DNA of 64,000 nt. Origin: Neophaeotheca triangularis (taxonomy: Eukaryota). Shown one piece after another: positions 59,414-64,000 of the stretch. Both the position numbers and the translations under genes were made by a program. Each line of letters begins with the position of its first letter. Within the stretch, counting starts at the first letter, position 1. The stretch covers positions 1-64,000 of the forward strand of contig BAAIJX010000018.1 in the NCBI GenBank assembly GCA_054600435.1, given 5' to 3'. Under the pieces are notes generated by a model. That model worked only from the letters and a program-made list of their open reading frames with translations, was not told the DNA's origin and did no database searches.

Positions 59414-61201
59414 GCGGAAGATGCGATAACACTTTTCTTGGTTTTGAGAGGCGATGCACAGCGGGCTCAGGCATGTCGGCGGACTTGGACAGGGATACAC
59501 GATCGCTCGCGTGTGCTTGTGTGTTATTGGACGGAGGCGCGAGCCGGACACGACGGTCTTTGCGCCATGAGGAGACCTACGTTTCAACGACCAGGTTAGA
59601 GGGGAGAGAAAAAGGGAGGGCGGTCACTTTGACGAGCGTTGAGCGTCTGCTTTCTTTCTTTTGGGCCTTTACGACTGGTGGGACGGGACTTTATCACAAC
59701 GGCGTTATGGGTGAGGGATGACAGTTGCTTCTCTTCTTTGTAGACTGTTGAAGTATGTGCTTTTGTGACACGCTTTCTGAACGAAAGGTCCTTGATCCTG
59801 CCTTACCATTCCTCCCGGGGCATTATCATCATCCACAGACCGCACCAACGCTTCGCCTCTCTCGACGCTCGCATGTCTCAAGTATTGTCGGACCAGCTGC
59901 TAGCTCCCCTTGCTACACCGGATGACTTGGTTCCAAAGAGTGCTCGCGGCAACGCTGGTGAATTCCAACTATCCTCCAGATAGTGCTAACCATGTGGAGA
60001 ACTACCATCGAGGCTAGCTGACTACGATGGTCATGGCTTATTCTAGTTCCAGCACCTTTGCCGCCAGGAGACGGAACAAGCCATACCAATCGTCTAAGTA
60101 ATTGACACTCTCGGCAGGATTGTCAGGCTATTTGTTCACTACAAACAAGTAAGAACTGGCTCCAGACTAAGCGGTCTTATAGATGCAGCTACAGTATGTA
60201 AGGACCAAGAACATGCTTAGAGGGTGAAGGGAGATCAGCTGCCGAGAAGCCCTCGACTCCCTCTCCTACCAATACACCACATCTTCTCCCGGCTAGCTTA
60301 CTACCTAAGCCACTGGACCCACGTCTAAACATCACTCGTTCCGGGTTCGGCAATTTCAGGGGTTACCTCGTAAGTCTGCTACCGCTCGCCTTAGCAGTCG
60401 ATGCTCTCTGCCCGTACGTCAGGAGGTAAACTTCGCAGCTTCTCCCCTCAAGTAAGCCGGCTACTCTGCATAACCTCGCCTCATATCGGAGTGCAACGTG
60501 GAGATGCGGATCGCTAATGCTTGCGCGTGATTGTGTTGCTTGCTCTGACCTGCAGGGCTTGATGCTGCTGAACAGAAGTGCGAAGAGAGATGGATGAGGA
60601 TTGTGATGGGGAGACCTTCATTAAGAAGGACCTTGGGATACCAGAGAGCGTGGCGCTAAGCTCAGAGCGGCAGCGTTGAGCTTCATGACGAGTTTCGGTC
60701 GGATTGGCTGTAGGCCAGCCATTACTTACGTTTTGCCATATTCATGTTCATGTTCGCCTGTCCGGATAGGCTTTTTATCGCAAAGCACGCCTTCGAGAAC
60801 TTGCCGTTGGTTCGTGAAACGTGTATTTTGCGGAAATCTTTTGCATTTCTGCTCCATGCTAGGTCGTTTAAAATATCGGATAGATGGTGCAACGAGTGTT
60901 GCCTTCCTCCCTCGCCCTTCTTATCTTGGCGCGCGTCCCCGACCATGCTTAGGGGTTCTTATGGCGTCGACTCCCTTCGCAAGTATCGCGCCCCTTAGGA
61001 TCGCTCCGTGAACCGACGTCCTCTCTAGTTGTACCTCCCTCTCGGGCCCTCACGTAGGCGCCGTCCGTATCATGTAGAGCGTGGGGTGTAAAGCAACATC
61101 TTATGAGCGGGTGGACGCTCGGCCCATGCCTTTGTGTCGCTACAGCCGCTCGGCTCGGTCGTTCGACGCGTTATCGCTAGGCGTCGTGACACACAAGTAG
61201 A

Positions 61202-61754
61202 TCAGTCGTCGGCGAAATCGGCCTCTGGATCCACACCATCATCGTCTATAAAGCCATCGTCGTAGGCCGTGGGTGCCTCCTCTCTTTCCGGTCCAGAAGT
61301 GCCGGCCCCGGCCTGTGAGTTTTGGTGTCGCATCGAAGGCTGCGCAGGCCTGTCGGCGCCTTCCTCGTTCTGCACCGCGTCGCAAGCATCAACCCAGTCT
61401 GCGTACACGTCTACCGGTTGCGAAAGATCTGTAGTATCGCATGTCAGTACCTGACAATCCTCCTAGCACCTGGTCATACATCCCGGTCGTTCGTGAGAGC
61501 ACGTACAGTTTGTGGTTGACTGGAAAGATTGCCCACATGATTTGCATGACAAGGAGCCGAGTGATGCCTTTTTATCGATCTTGACCGATACTGAAGTCTC
61601 GTGGGCGCAGAAGACGCATTTGAAGCTCGTCGCGAGGGCGTCTTTCTGGACTGATGGTCAGCTTTGCGCCGGCAGCGTAAGAGGGTCAAGTTGGGGTTCA
61701 CGGTACCCTTTTGCCTCCTGTCGGTTTTGGCGCCGCCTTTTTACGCTTGCCCAT
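61202..61754 (-). CDS. ELF1: Transcription elongation factor Elf1 (zinc ribbon), 3 exons
   Basis: MGKRKKAA, FKCVFCAHE, LSCKSCGQSF, LSQPVDVYADWVDAC. Acidic tail. Confidence 0.94.
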
Positions 61755-62341
61755 CGTGTTGCAAAGTGAGTCGTGTTGTTGATGTACTGTCAAAGAGGCA
61801 GCTCTAAAGATCAACGAGGTGAAGAAGTAGTTAAGTTAAATGCAGATGAGGTCGCGGCTGCCTGCCAATGTATGAACGAACGGTCCGTACCGCACCGCGT
61901 GACCTGCAGGTCCAACATGTGTAGTAGTGATACACTGGACCGTCTAGGAAAGGCGATGGACAGCTTGTCACATCGGGTGGGACAGGCCGCTTGTAATTAA
62001 ATATGTCCTCCTTGCTTATCTACCGCCGCCATTGATAAGGACCCACAACAGCTCTATCAACATAACACTACCACGACACTCCACTACTATCTGGATGTGA
62101 CAACTTGGAAGTTGATAACTCGTAGCCAGCAAACACTACCTCTGTCTAGATATCGAGCTCCTCAGATTCGGTAGCTTCCACACCGTATTAGTACTGGCTT
62201 TGTTTCCATAACATTCAACAGACCTGCTTTCTCATCAACTCGTCTCTCTATCTTTCACTTTAGGACCTCGCATACCTCTCTCTCCTTGCTCGAGTCTACG
62301 CCGCAGGACACGACTGATATCAACTGCCTCCGATCGAAGCA

Positions 62342-64000
62342 ATGGCGGATGGCAATATCTCGGGGGCTGACACAACCGCCATGCTGCGAGAAATCCTGTC
62401 TTCGGTTCGGTCCCTCAAACAAGATCAAGCACAGCTAGCTTCCGCAGTAGACGCCATCAACGGCAGAGTCAACGTTTTGGCCGGAGTCAAAACGACACAA
62501 GATGGGTTGGCTCACGCCGCCTCGCTACCAAAAGAATCCCCATCGCAGCAGGTTGCCACTGTAACGAGCCCACCTGATTCCAGCGATGTCAACGGACACG
62601 CTACTTCGACATCGCCTCCCCCTGCGAGACGTTCCAGTACCGCCACCTCTAAGATCATCTTGACGACCCACCCTGGCCAAGCAGGCGTAGATCCAGTGCA
62701 TCTGAACTGGGGTGCCAAAGATCCAGCAGTCCGCGGTCCAGGTAAACGAACAATTACTGCCGGTTCGGGCAACTGAGCGCAGCTAACTCTGCTGTCACCA
62801 GTCGTCGTCGGACGCAACCCCGGAACATTCCGACGTCGAAATGCTGTAGGTGCTCATGGCGGGTCTTATAGTACCTACTACGCCCTTGCAGTTGCTTCGA
62901 AGCAGCTCGACACTGACCACAAGCCCGACTTCACCAACACTGAGCCTGCTGCAACGATTGGCCCTTTCGCGGCATGGTCGGATCCCAAGAAGATAGTTGC
63001 CATGGATCCTTTGGGCCACTTAGCGCCGTGGTTGTTCAAAGACTATATCGACAAGGAAAACATCGAAATCAGGCCGACAAGTCAGTAACTTCTACTCCCG
63101 TGTACGTAGTGCAGCTAGTGCTCACACATAGCAGTTGCGGTTACTCGTGCCCATATGAAGCTTCCGGAGCTACAAGAATCTGTTCGACAAGGACGACTAA
63201 AGCCTGACGGCAAGATATGCATCAACGAAACAGGCGAGTTAGCAGTCACCAAGTTTGCAGTGGAACCTGTCTGGTATCTTCCGGGCGTGGCAGAACGGTT
63301 CGGCATTGACGAGGCCACGCTCCGACGCTCGCTGTTCGAGAACACAGGTGGAAGCTATCCTGAGCTCATCACAAGGTTCGGCTTTACTACGATTCTCAAC
63401 CCGGTCTACAGAAGTGCTGATGTTGTTGAACCCAAGGAACGACATCAAGACTTTCCTACCGCCTATAGGTTCGGCTCCAACCATAACCCCTTTGATTGAT
63501 CCAAGACAGTGCTGACATTTTGCAGGAGGGCTTACTGTTTACTGCTTCGGAGATCCGGCCAAGATGAGTGACCCAAACGTCAAGCTCGCCTTGCGAGTTC
63601 ACGACGAATGCAACGGCTCGGATGTGTTTGGTAGCGACATTTGCACGTGTCGCCCCTACCTGATCTTTGGTGTTGAAGAAGCCGTCAAAGAAGCTCAGGC
63701 GGGCGGTTCAGGCGTCGTCATATACTTCCGGAAAGAAGGGCGTGCCCTCGGGGAGGTGACAAAGTACCTTGTCTACAACGCTCGAAAACGTGGCTCCGAC
63801 AAAGCATCCGAGTACTTCTTGAGAACGGAGAACATTGCTGGTGTCAAAGACATGCGCTTCCAGGCGCTTATGCCGGATATCCTACACTGGCTCGGCATCA
63901 CCAAGATCGACCGAATGTTGAGTATGAGTAACATGAAGCATGACGCAATTGTTGAGCAGGGTATTCCGATTCGCGAGAGAGTGCCGATTCCAGATGAGAT
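62342..64000 (+). CDS. URG1: Urg1/Urc1-type GTP cyclohydrolase II-like protein (3' end beyond window)
   Basis: ILTTHPGQ..WGA.DP..RGP|VV, RNAVGAHGGSYS.Y.ALAVA, EPVWYLPGVAERFG, RVHDECNGSDVFGSDICTCRPYL, YFRKEGRALGEVTK. Confidence 0.92.

Noticed and set aside
59800..61100. Intergenic region with scattered GTAAGT/CTAAC-like signals
   Set aside because: Could not assemble a consistent gene or ncRNA.

Overview
Gene-dense eukaryotic DNA from a filamentous ascomycete (Pezizomycotina). Introns are short (about 50-75 nt) with GT..CTRAC..YAG signals. The window is mostly conserved housekeeping genes: HSF1, VRG4, PLP1, ORC6, AZF1, TUP1, ERF4, ARC18, RFC3, RPC19, HIS3, STH1, a WHIM-domain ISWI cofactor, RPL2, a BAR protein, DUF2423, SIZ1, ERG3, RHEB, ELF1 and a partial URG1/URC1. 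A variable-looking block at about 24-34 kb holds a laccase, a decayed DUF1399/GRDP pseudogene, an alkyltransferase (MGT1) fused to an uncharacterised WP-x3-DHCF domain, a frameshifted PhyH dioxygenase and a possible small secreted peptide precursor. The two most intriguing signals are the MGT1 fusion domain and an unannotated ~240-nt extensively base-paired element (36914-37151) between RFC3 and RPC19 that looks like a structured RNA. I saw no tRNA, rRNA, CRISPR array or intact transposon. All family calls come from motif recognition by eye, not from database searches, and exon boundaries were read manually.
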